Assembly: GCA_046538485.1 (NCBI GenBank)
Contig: JBKHIT010000034.1
Span: forward strand, 1-51,115
Length of the DNA: 51,115 bases
Direction of reading: 5' to 3'
Origin: Candidatus Brocadiia bacterium
Lineage (GTDB): Bacteria; Planctomycetota; Brocadiia; SM23-32
Both the position numbers and the translations under genes were made by a program. The notes below the pieces were generated by a model, which made no database searches, was not told the DNA's origin, and saw nothing but the letters and a program-made list of their open reading frames with translations. Position 1 is the stretch's first letter, and each line of letters opens with the position of its first letter. Positions 6,855-15,377 of the stretch are shown in pieces.

Positions 6855-8189
6855 TCAACTTTTTTTCTTTTTCTTTGCAAGTTCCGCTTTACCCAGTTTG
6901 ACCAGGTGTACGATTTGCCTGTTTGCCGGGCATACGTACGCGCAGCATCCACACTCTTTACATTCCATCATCCCTGACCGTTTGGCGGCATCCCAGTTCA
7001 TGTTTTCGCAAAAAATGCTCAGATCGCTGGGCACGAGGCCGAGAGGGCAGTGGTCCACGCAACGTCCGCAACGGATACAGGGGCGTTGGGAGATGATTTC
7101 AGCCTCGCTCCAGAGAAGAATTCCGCTGTTGCCCTTTATCAGGGGAATGTCAAAGCGTGATTGTGCAATCCCCATCATAGGGCCTCCCATAACCAGTAGC
7201 CGGGGACTTTCGCGTATTCCCTGTCTCTGCAGTATATCTTCAACACTGGTGCCGATTCGTTCGATGAAATTTCCGGCATTTTCGATTGCGTCTCCGGTGA
7301 CTGTCAGCGGTCGTTCGATCAATGGACGTCGGAAACGAAGAGCGTCCCGAATGGCGAGGGACGTGGCCACGTTGTGCACGAGGCACCCGACATCGGCTGG
7401 AAGACCACCTCCGCTCGGGACTTCACGTCCAGTGACAGCGACGATCAATTGTTGTTCAGCGCCCTGGGGATATTTTACCTCCAGCGGACAGACCTCAATG
7501 TCGCGCTCCCCGGCAACAGCATCGTTGAAGGCTTCAATCGCGTCGGGTTTATTGGATTCGATTCCGATATGTCCTCGCGGCGCGTCGACAGTTCGCATGA
7601 TTAAGCGAACGGCGTCGAGGATTTCGCGGGTCTTTTCGAGCATAAGTCGATAGTCGCAGGTGAGCGCTGGTTCGCATTCGGCGCCGTTGAGGATTACATC
7701 TTCAATCGGTTTATCTTCCGGGGGGCTGAGCTTTACGTGAGACGGGAATGTGGCGCCTCCCATGCCCACAATCCCGGCTTGTTGGACTTGATCGACAAGT
7801 TCCTCGGGGGACATTTGTTCTGGACTTTGTTTTTCATTGCATCCGTCGGCCCATTCCTCTTCACCATCGTTTTCAATGATCACAGCCGGTACTGGTTTGC
7901 CGGTTGGGTTGTGGATGCGGTTTGCGATTTTCTTGACTTTTCCGCTCAGCGGAGCGTGCACGTTGGCGCTGATAAAACCCTGTGCCTCTCCTATGAGCTG
8001 CCCCTTTTTGACTTCATCCTTCCGATCGACAACAGGTTTGGCCGGGGCCCCGATATGTTGAACCATCGGGATTTCAACGACAGCCGGTGGTTCGGAGGCA
8101 ATCAGCTCCTTATGCTTGGTTCGATCTTTGGATCCCCCGGGGTGGATGCCACCACGAGGAAATGTCAGTTTGCTGCTACCGACAACCAT
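6855..8189 (-). CDS. rnfC: Rnf complex subunit C
   Basis: GGIHP, QHIGAP, AGIVGMGGATFP, NGAECEP, KYPQGAE, GGPMMG, two [4Fe-4S] motifs CIRCGRCVDHCP and CKECGCCAYVCP. Confidence 0.95.
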   Translation of the reverse strand: MVVGSSKLTFPRGGIHPGGSKDRTKHKELIASEPPAVVEIPMVQHIGAPAKPVVDRKDEVKKGQLIGEAQGFISANVHAPLSGKVKKIANRIHNPTGKPVPAVIIENDGEEEWADGCNEKQSPEQMSPEELVDQVQQAGIVGMGGATFPSHVKLSPPEDKPIEDVILNGAECEPALTCDYRLMLEKTREILDAVRLIMRTVDAPRGHIGIESNKPDAIEAFNDAVAGERDIEVCPLEVKYPQGAEQQLIVAVTGREVPSGGGLPADVGCLVHNVATSLAIRDALRFRRPLIERPLTVTGDAIENAGNFIERIGTSVEDILQRQGIRESPRLLVMGGPMMGIAQSRFDIPLIKGNSGILLWSEAEIISQRPCIRCGRCVDHCPLGLVPSDLSIFCENMNWDAAKRSGMMECKECGCCAYVCPANRQIVHLVKLGKAELAKKKKKS

Positions 8190-8273
8190 ATCTTTTCCTT
8201 GGTGAGGTTTTTGAAAAGAACCAAAACGAATACTGTATCGATAAGCGGCGGAAAGCGCAACCTGAGTACAGGT

Positions 8274-9470
8274 TTAATCCAGGTCCAAGACACGACCGAT
8301 CTGCCGCACAGCTTGTTTGAGACGTTGTTCATTCTCGACCAGTGCCATTCGGAGAAATTCGTTACCTCCCTGGCCGAAAGCCTCTCCCGGCGCCGCGGCG
8401 ACGTTTGCTTCTTCCAGAAGTAAAAGACTGAAATCCAGTGAACTCATATGCCGGTAATTGCGGGGTATCGGGACCCACGCAAACATGGTCCCTTTTGGTC
8501 GCGGCAGGGACCAGCCGATCCTTTCCAAACCCTCGCAGAGTACATCGCGTCGAGCCTGATACACGCGCGCTTGCTTTCGAGCTTCGTTCTTGCAATGTCT
8601 CAAAGCAATAATACTGGCAATCTGAACCGGCATAAACATTCCATAATCAAAATACCCTTTGATTTGCCCCAGCGCATCAATGGCTTGTTTATGTCCGACG
8701 CAAAACCCCATGCGCCATCCGGCCATATTGAAACTCTTTGACATGCTCGTGAACTCGACTCCGACTTCCTTGGCGCCTTCAACCTCAAGCATACTCGGTG
8801 CGCGATACCCATCGAATGTAATCTGACTGTAGGCAAAATCATGTATGAGGAAGATGCCCTGATCCCGACATATCTCCACCAGTTTTTCAAAAAAGGGTAA
8901 TTCCACCGTGATCGTGGTCGGATTATGCGGGAAATTCACGATCATTATTTTTGGTTTCGGGCGGAAGTTGTCGGCCACCTGGATGAGATTGTTAAAGAAT
9001 GCTTCATCTGTGCTGAGCGGGAAAGAAAGCACAGAACCACCGGCCAGGCGGACGCCGTGGATATGCACGGGGAAAGCGGGCGTGGGAACGATGGCGACGT
9101 CACCCGGGCTCAAAAGCGACATCAACATATGGCTGAGGCCCTCTTTGCTCCCGATCGTGCATATGACTTCTTCTTCCGAATCGATATCCACGTTATATTC
9201 ATCGTTATAAAATTTGCTGACCTCTTTTTTGAGATTTGATAACCCATCTGCCTGGACGCTGTAGCCATGCGTCCTGGGATCCTGAACGGCTTCGCACAGT
9301 TTGTCGATAATTGGTTTGGGGGTAGGATCCGATGGGTTTCCCATGCCCAGATCAATAATATCTTCGCCGGCCCGCCGGCGCGCAATTTTGATGGTGTTCA
9401 GACGCCCGAAGACATACGGCGGGAGTTCTTTGACCCTTTGAGAAACATCCAATGGCAAGAGATCCGACAT
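8274..9470 (-). CDS. PLP-dependent class I/II aminotransferase (AlaC / LL-DAP aminotransferase-like)
   Basis: LPPYVF, DLGMGNP, IGSKEG, NFPHNPT, HDFAY, SMSKSFNMAGWRMG, KGYFDYG. Confidence 0.88.
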   Translation of the reverse strand: MSDLLPLDVSQRVKELPPYVFGRLNTIKIARRRAGEDIIDLGMGNPSDPTPKPIIDKLCEAVQDPRTHGYSVQADGLSNLKKEVSKFYNDEYNVDIDSEEEVICTIGSKEGLSHMLMSLLSPGDVAIVPTPAFPVHIHGVRLAGGSVLSFPLSTDEAFFNNLIQVADNFRPKPKIMIVNFPHNPTTITVELPFFEKLVEICRDQGIFLIHDFAYSQITFDGYRAPSMLEVEGAKEVGVEFTSMSKSFNMAGWRMGFCVGHKQAIDALGQIKGYFDYGMFMPVQIASIIALRHCKNEARKQARVYQARRDVLCEGLERIGWSLPRPKGTMFAWVPIPRNYRHMSSLDFSLLLLEEANVAAAPGEAFGQGGNEFLRMALVENEQRLKQAVRQIGRVLDLD

Positions 9471-9525
9471 TTTTGCCTCGCAGTTGAGAAATCAGCGTGC
9501 CTTTCAGCCCAACTTGCCGGTTTCT

Positions 9526-11280
9526 CTAAAGTTTAACGTTGATTTCAGATTCCGCCTTAATTTTCTGTACCCAGGCTTTAATTCGTTTTCTGGTCTTCAA
9601 TTCTTCAGCTCGGGCCTTTACCTTATCTTGCACTTCTTCCATGGGCGGAGGATCCGTTGGATTGAACCGGGCGACAACTTTTGCAATATGAAAGTTGCCG
9701 TTATGGCGGAAGATGGGCGATACCCGGCCGACCTCAAGATTCTGAACGTATTTGTAGTACGGGTCGCCGGTCGTAATACCCTTAACGAGACCGCCGCGCA
9801 TCCAGGAAAGGGGTTCCAACGATTCCGCGCGAACAAGTGTTTCGAAACGAACATCACTAAAAACGCGGGAGCGGACCCATCGTGCCCTTGCAGGGTCAGC
9901 GACAACAATTCTGCGGACATCGAGATGCTCTTCATACAAAGATTTGTATGCTTTTTTAATCTCACTGTTCGTTATATCTTTTGGTTTACCAACCACTTTT
10001 TCGGCGAGCAAAACAGTTTCCACAATCTCGCGCGAAACCATTTCACGTGCAATCTTCTCTTTTAGCAATTCAGGCGGAATCCCCTGATCGCGCAATTTTG
10101 TCTCGTACCGTCGAGCTGACATACCTTCCGCAGAGGCACGCTCGGAAAAGATACTTTCAGCCATTTTAAACTGCTGATTTTTAATTTGCTCTTCAGGAAT
10201 TTTTATGCCGCGACGGCTCGCCTCCTGAAAAATCAGTTTGCGCTCGATATAGCTGTTGATCAGTTTTTCCCCAAATTGTTGGAGCAAGGCTTCGCCAAAT
10301 TCCTGAACGGAGACGCTTTGTCCGTTGACAAACGCCGCGACACGCGCTCCCAGAATACGCCGTGTGTGCGGATCAGCTGAAATATTGGTGACCACGGTAC
10401 TGGTGGCGTGAAGCTGTGCGAGCCAGATTTGAATAACGTCCTGCACCTCCCGCGCGTAAAGTTCTCGTTTAAGCTGACTCTGGCTGCTTTCAAAGTCTTT
10501 TTGAGGCTGAATTCTGCGTATAAACCGCAAAATATGCCAGAGTCGACCATCGTGATAAAGAGTGAATTCCCCGGGCCGTAATCCCTGCACAGATTGACCG
10601 ATCTTTGTAGAGGCGGGAATGGGGAGGAGCCGCCCCCGATAGGGGGCACTCTCCCTGTCCAGGCTGTAACGTTCGACCGCTGTCCCCCAACGGTTCGGAT
10701 CTTCTTTGAGCGCTGCCAGCATTTTCTCAGCAATTTCCTTGTTCGGCGCAGAAATATGGGCGAGAGAAATGCGCTCTCCATATGTCCACGCGTAATAATC
10801 GCGCAGATCTTCTTCGGTGATTTTAAGGTGCGGACGCAGAATTTTTTCTGCGAGCACCCGGATTTTAACGACCTCCGGCCGAACTGTCGAGGCTGCTTCT
10901 TCCCGTATTTGCTGGGGATCCCAACCGTATGAGGAGGCGATCTTCTCGAATTCCAGGGCGGTTGTGCGGGATTGTTCGTAGACTTTTCGGATACGCAGCT
11001 TGATTTCAAGCGCCTGCCGATCAGCCAGCTCCTTCTCCGTGATTGTTATATTCCGCCTGGCGGCAGCTTGTTCAATGAGTTTCCAATCCAAAAACTGGTT
11101 GAGTGTTGCACGCCCCAGAGACCGCACAAGAGCCCGGCGAAAATCCGTCCGACTGACCGGTTCCCCATTTATTGTGGCAATCACGGCTTCGGCCGATGCT
11201 GGTTCGGCATAACGCGGGGCGAACAGGCCGAGAAAGGCGCTAAGAGCGAAAACGACCCAAACTTTGACCTTAGACGACAT
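9526..11280 (-). CDS. Exported SurA/PrsA-like foldase with duplicated parvulin-type modules
   Basis: Signal peptide; two repeats of A(T/F)(I/V)NG..VS, LI.Q.A.RR.I.I and parvulin-like SLD..SA..GRL / SLE....GGL segments. Start could be 11331. Confidence 0.75.
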   Translation of the reverse strand: MSSKVKVWVVFALSAFLGLFAPRYAEPASAEAVIATINGEPVSRTDFRRALVRSLGRATLNQFLDWKLIEQAAARRNITITEKELADRQALEIKLRIRKVYEQSRTTALEFEKIASSYGWDPQQIREEAASTVRPEVVKIRVLAEKILRPHLKITEEDLRDYYAWTYGERISLAHISAPNKEIAEKMLAALKEDPNRWGTAVERYSLDRESAPYRGRLLPIPASTKIGQSVQGLRPGEFTLYHDGRLWHILRFIRRIQPQKDFESSQSQLKRELYAREVQDVIQIWLAQLHATSTVVTNISADPHTRRILGARVAAFVNGQSVSVQEFGEALLQQFGEKLINSYIERKLIFQEASRRGIKIPEEQIKNQQFKMAESIFSERASAEGMSARRYETKLRDQGIPPELLKEKIAREMVSREIVETVLLAEKVVGKPKDITNSEIKKAYKSLYEEHLDVRRIVVADPARARWVRSRVFSDVRFETLVRAESLEPLSWMRGGLVKGITTGDPYYKYVQNLEVGRVSPIFRHNGNFHIAKVVARFNPTDPPPMEEVQDKVKARAEELKTRKRIKAWVQKIKAESEINVKL

Positions 11281-11355
11281 AATAGATTGGCTTCCGTAGC
11301 TAAACGGGTGAACTGTTTCATCTGGACGCAACGGAGCCGGAGAAAACCGGGCTGC

Positions 11356-12006
11356 CTAACCCGATCCCAGCATACCGCTGAACCCAAGAAATGCCATGGC
11401 CATTAAACCCGTGCAGACAAAGGCGATCGGGGTGCCTCTGAGTGGCTCGGGCACGTCTGCACTATCAAGGCGTTCCCGAATACCGCTCATTAGCAGCATG
11501 GCCACCGTAAAGCCGAGGCCTGCTGCTATACCATGCCAGGACGCAGCAAGTAAACCCGGGGCAAAACCCGCGTCAACACTGGCCTGCATGTACTCAGGTG
11601 TGTCGGTGGTATTGATGAGTGCGACACCCATGATGGCACAGTTCGTTGTAATGAGTGGCAGGTAAACTCCCAAGGCTTCGTATAACGCAGGTATTCGCGA
11701 ACGCAGAAACATCTCCACAAGCTGAACAAGGGTGGCAATGACAAGTATAAACATCGGGGTTTTGAGGACAAGAACCAGGTCCTGTTCGACCCAGGCTCCG
11801 CCTTCAACCAGGATCAGACTATAGAGAGTGAATGTAACACTACTCGCCATAAACATGACGAAAGTGACCGCGGCGCCCATACCCAGCGCATTTTTCACTT
11901 TTTGCGTTACGCCTATGAACGGACACAGGCCGAGAAATCGGGCCAACACGAAATTGTTGACGAATATCGCGGAAAAACCAATGGTGAGGAACGTCGCTAA
12001 ATCCAC
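11356..12006 (-). CDS. rnfA: Rnf complex subunit A
   Basis: NNFVLARFLGLCPFIG, LVIATLVQLVEM, LPLITTNCAIMG, GIRERL. Confidence 0.95.
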   Translation of the reverse strand: MDLATFLTIGFSAIFVNNFVLARFLGLCPFIGVTQKVKNALGMGAAVTFVMFMASSVTFTLYSLILVEGGAWVEQDLVLVLKTPMFILVIATLVQLVEMFLRSRIPALYEALGVYLPLITTNCAIMGVALINTTDTPEYMQASVDAGFAPGLLAASWHGIAAGLGFTVAMLLMSGIRERLDSADVPEPLRGTPIAFVCTGLMAMAFLGFSGMLGSG

Positions 12007-12026
12007 GATCTTTCTCCCTTGACCTG

Positions 12027-12656
12027 TTAATTCACAATTCGGGTTTTGGGGCTTCGAAGCCAGTTAAAAGCTGCCAGAAGAAGGCCCAGGATCAGGAATG
12101 CTCCGGGGGCCTGGATCAATATACTTGCGGGAACGTATTCAACCGGCGAAGCGTCTGGCATCCAGGGGAACCCCCAGACCGTTCCGCTTCCGAGACCTTC
12201 TCGTACCATTGCAACCAAACAGATCGCTAATGCAAACCCCACGCCCGCGCCCATCCCGTCGAGGACAGAACGGGAAATGGAATTCTTGTACGCAAACGAT
12301 TCCGCCCGGTGTAGGATCAGACAGTTCACCACGATCAGCGGTATAAATATCCCCAGAGCCGCATTAACCTCCGGTGGCAGAAATGCTTTGAACACGATCT
12401 CAATCATCGTGACAAAAGATGCAATCACCACAATGAAACACGGGATTCTCACTTCCCGGGGAATGACTTTTCGCAACACAGAAATGATGAAGTTCGAACA
12501 GGTCAGAACCGTGATCACCGCAATGCCCATAGCAGCGGCATTTTTCAATCCCGTTGTAACCGCCAGAGTGGGGCAAAGGCCAACAGCAAGCACGAACACC
12601 CCATTCTGCTTGATAAGTCCTTTTGTGAATTCCCGAATCGCCGGTTTCTCTGGCAT
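12027..12656 (-). CDS. rnfE: Rnf complex subunit E
   Basis: GLCPTLAVT, EVRIPCFIVVIASFVT, IPLIVVNCLIL.RAE, REGLGSG, APGAF. Confidence 0.95.
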   Translation of the reverse strand: MPEKPAIREFTKGLIKQNGVFVLAVGLCPTLAVTTGLKNAAAMGIAVITVLTCSNFIISVLRKVIPREVRIPCFIVVIASFVTMIEIVFKAFLPPEVNAALGIFIPLIVVNCLILHRAESFAYKNSISRSVLDGMGAGVGFALAICLVAMVREGLGSGTVWGFPWMPDASPVEYVPASILIQAPGAFLILGLLLAAFNWLRSPKTRIVN

Positions 12657-12703
12657 CTTCTTACCGTTGCTGCTTATTTAATGGTGAAATCTAACGGGCG
12701 TAT

Positions 12704-12732
12704 AATATAGCAAATGGCGTCCTTCATCTCAA
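12704..12732 (-). promoter_or_regulatory. sigma70 promoter of the rnfE operon
   Basis: Minus strand TTGAGA-17 bp-TATATT with TGn extension. Confidence 0.6.
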
Positions 12733-12800
12733 GAAACATACTGCTTTCTTCGGCGTGCAGCCGGAGACTGTGGAGGCTAAGTCAGCCTCTTCTTTAACCT

Positions 12801-13148
12801 CTATGAGTTGCAAAGTTCCAAGAACAACCCGGCAAAGTTGAAAACAACCGGAATCGGGCAGAGAAGCCAGACCAAAAAACTCAAATAGGTTAGTTCAAGG
12901 CAAAACGGAGCCCAGATGATGTCGATTGCGAATACGATAAGGATCGACAATGATACTCCAAGAGTTGCCAGAAGCACAGCCCAAGGAATAGCCGGATGCA
13001 ATGGAGTCCAGATTTCAAGTGTGGCATAAACCGTAGCAGGGAAAAATAGCACTCCCGCAACCAGTAAGACTGCCCGTCTCTGATGTACATAAGCGACCGC
13101 AGCCAGGCTCAAAAACGAGAACGACAAAATGGCCAGTGCCAGTTCCAT
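12801..13148 (-). CDS. Hypothetical integral membrane protein (about 4 TM)
   Basis: 115-aa strongly hydrophobic ORF with GAGG upstream. Confidence 0.6.
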   Translation of the reverse strand: MELALAILSFSFLSLAAVAYVHQRRAVLLVAGVLFFPATVYATLEIWTPLHPAIPWAVLLATLGVSLSILIVFAIDIIWAPFCLELTYLSFLVWLLCPIPVVFNFAGLFLELCNS

Positions 13149-13377
13149 CGCAAACGCGCCTCAGTTCGAAAGTCAGTTCTTAATCCAATAAACCCCAGCT
13201 TGCAGGGCGCCAAACGCAGCATTACAATCAGCAACGGTCGGCTGCAATTTATTGCACAAGCATATTTCGAGCGCCTACCGGGTCGGATTGGGAGGTGAAA
13301 AAGGTTTTTCAACACCCCCACCGCTTCAGAGCCTTTTAACTACCGGCGAGTTTAACTGTCATTTTACCGGACTGCAA

Positions 13378-14211
13378 ATGCCCACAATAAGTTTCCACAA
13401 AACGCGTCCCCCCATTGCTCTGCTGACGGATTTCGGAACACGGGATAACTATGTCGGGGTTATGAAGGGCGTCATTTACCGGATTTGCCCCGAAGCGCGG
13501 ATCGTTGACCTGTCGCATTCCGTCGGACGACAGGATGTGACCGAGGCCTCGTTCTTGCTCTCATCTTCCTATGAATATTTCCCAAAGGGAACAATATTTG
13601 TCTGTGTTGTGGATCCCGGCGTGGGAACGGGGAGAGCGATTGTCTGCATGGAAGCAAATAATCAGTTCTTTCTTGCGCCGGATAACGGACTCCTGAGTGT
13701 TGTGGCCGCGGAATGTTCCTCCGAACAGCTAATGCGGGTTACCAATACCAGGTATTTTCTTGACGAAATAAGTGCGACGTTCCATGGGCGCGATATTTTT
13801 GCGCCCGTTGCAGCGCACCTATGTGAGGGGCTCGATCCCGGAAAACTGGGGCGACCTATGCAGGAAATGCGTGGCCTGGATCTGCCGAATCCTGTGCGAA
13901 CGACAGGGGGAAACTTGAAAGGCCAGTTTGTGTACGTGGATCAGTTTGGAAATCTGGTATCGAACATCAGTCTGGCAACATTGGAGAGAATCCTGCAATG
14001 GTCGGTGAGCGATCTCGAAATCAGGGCGGGGGACGAAAATATTGGCCCAATCCGGGGAAGCTACGGGGAGGTTCCGGAGGGACATCTGCTGGCTCTGATC
14101 GGGAGCAGCGGCTACCTGGAAGTAGCTATCAATAAAGGGTCCGCCGCTGAAAAAATCGGATGTAGCCGGGAAGATCAAGTGCTTGCGAAACCCCGCAAGA
14201 AAAACCGTTAA
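13378..14211 (+). CDS. SAM hydroxide adenosyltransferase (DUF62, chlorinase/fluorinase superfamily)
   Basis: LLTDFG, VVDPGVGTGR, APDNGLL, TFHGRDIFAP, VDQFGN. Confidence 0.9.
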   Translation: MPTISFHKTRPPIALLTDFGTRDNYVGVMKGVIYRICPEARIVDLSHSVGRQDVTEASFLLSSSYEYFPKGTIFVCVVDPGVGTGRAIVCMEANNQFFLAPDNGLLSVVAAECSSEQLMRVTNTRYFLDEISATFHGRDIFAPVAAHLCEGLDPGKLGRPMQEMRGLDLPNPVRTTGGNLKGQFVYVDQFGNLVSNISLATLERILQWSVSDLEIRAGDENIGPIRGSYGEVPEGHLLALIGSSGYLEVAINKGSAAEKIGCSREDQVLAKPRKKNR

Positions 14212-14296
14212 TGAGCGGTGCCTTTGAGATCTCCCCCGATTCGGCAAACATTACGTGGCGCACAAAAGTTTTTACGGGCGGATAGCTCGCGTCGGT

Positions 14297-14470
14297 GTCC
14301 TGGGCAACGTTATCGACATGCAATTCCAGCGTGACAGGAGTCATGGCCCCGTTTTCGTCGTGACCTCTATCGTATTCGCATCCCGCGAGGGCGGCCATAT
14401 CCGCATCGCCGGTGGCATCAATCACGATGTCGGCTGTCACAGCACGTAGCCCGCCCTTATTATTGCCAAA
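14297..14470 (-). pseudogene. Internal fragment of an FAD-dependent oxidoreductase
   Basis: NKGGLRAVTADIVIDATGDADMAALAGCEY..G...G..PVTL; no N-terminal GxGxxG and no C-terminus. Confidence 0.7.
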
Positions 14471-14837
14471 CTGGAGTTGCCGTTTTGCGAACGGGCATCT
14501 TGCCTGTGGATGGTTAACATTTGCATTCCCATGAGAATTTCTTTCTGGAGAAATGCAGGCTATATCACCAGGGAACGGGTTTCCAGTGGCCCCACACTTT
14601 TACCAGCTTTATCACGGCCTCTGTCGGAAGTTTTGATTTGTGTTGCTGCTGCAGCGACTTGGGCGAACAACAGTGTTGGGGAAAAGGGGCTGCCATCATT
14701 TCTCAGGTAAGGGGCGCGTGGGCAAAATCTTAGAATACCTATTGCCTTAAATTCATGGAATGTCCAGGCTGACAACTTCGCCCCCGATCTTGAGTCCCTT
14801 ATGTCCCTTCTGAGGCAAAGCTCCCGCCCTCCGCCTG

Positions 14838-15362
14838 TCATTGATATCCCATTACATTACGCCCAAGCGGCAGCAGGCCACCCACTTCGTTCCCCTGGAC
14901 CCTGATCGGGTCGAGGCTGGTTATCAGCCATTTGTCGCCGGACTTTTCGAACGTCAATTCCCATTGGCTCCGCACAAGCTGGCCGCCGAAGCTGCGTCGT
15001 TCCGAGAAGCGCGTGATGACAACGATCTTGCAATTGGCGTTTGTGGCATCAACTTCAAGGTTTTGCCATTTTGTAATTTTTATTTTTGGCGCACCGAATT
15101 TATTCAGTCCTTGCTTGACGAAATCTCGCAGTTCTTTGCGGCCCATGGTTTCCTGCTTGAAGTTTGGGGAGACGAATTCCAATGTGCCAGCGACATCTCC
15201 CTGTTCGAGTGAACGGCCGCTTTTTTTGACGGACCGCACTACCTTCTCGCGGTCAGTATCGATGAGCCAAGAGGCTACTACGGCCAGTATAATGAGTAAT
15301 GCTACCAGCAGCAGGAAAAACAGTACCGGATGGTTCTTTAGTTTCAAACTCAACAGGTGCAC
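14838..15362 (-). CDS. Membrane-anchored NTF2/SnoaL-like protein
   Basis: N-terminal TM helix; GDVAGTLEFVSPNF and WELTFEKSGDKWLITS; directly follows the E1 gene. Confidence 0.65.
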   Translation of the reverse strand: MHLLSLKLKNHPVLFFLLLVALLIILAVVASWLIDTDREKVVRSVKKSGRSLEQGDVAGTLEFVSPNFKQETMGRKELRDFVKQGLNKFGAPKIKITKWQNLEVDATNANCKIVVITRFSERRSFGGQLVRSQWELTFEKSGDKWLITSLDPIRVQGNEVGGLLPLGRNVMGYQ

Positions 15363-15377
15363 CTCGTTGGGGGTAGG

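Noticed and set aside
13378..14211. Fluorinase or chlorinase
   Set aside because: The Asp/Arg/His residues (DPGVGTGR, TFHGRD) are those of DUF62 SAM hydrolases; halogenases have Tyr at the His position.
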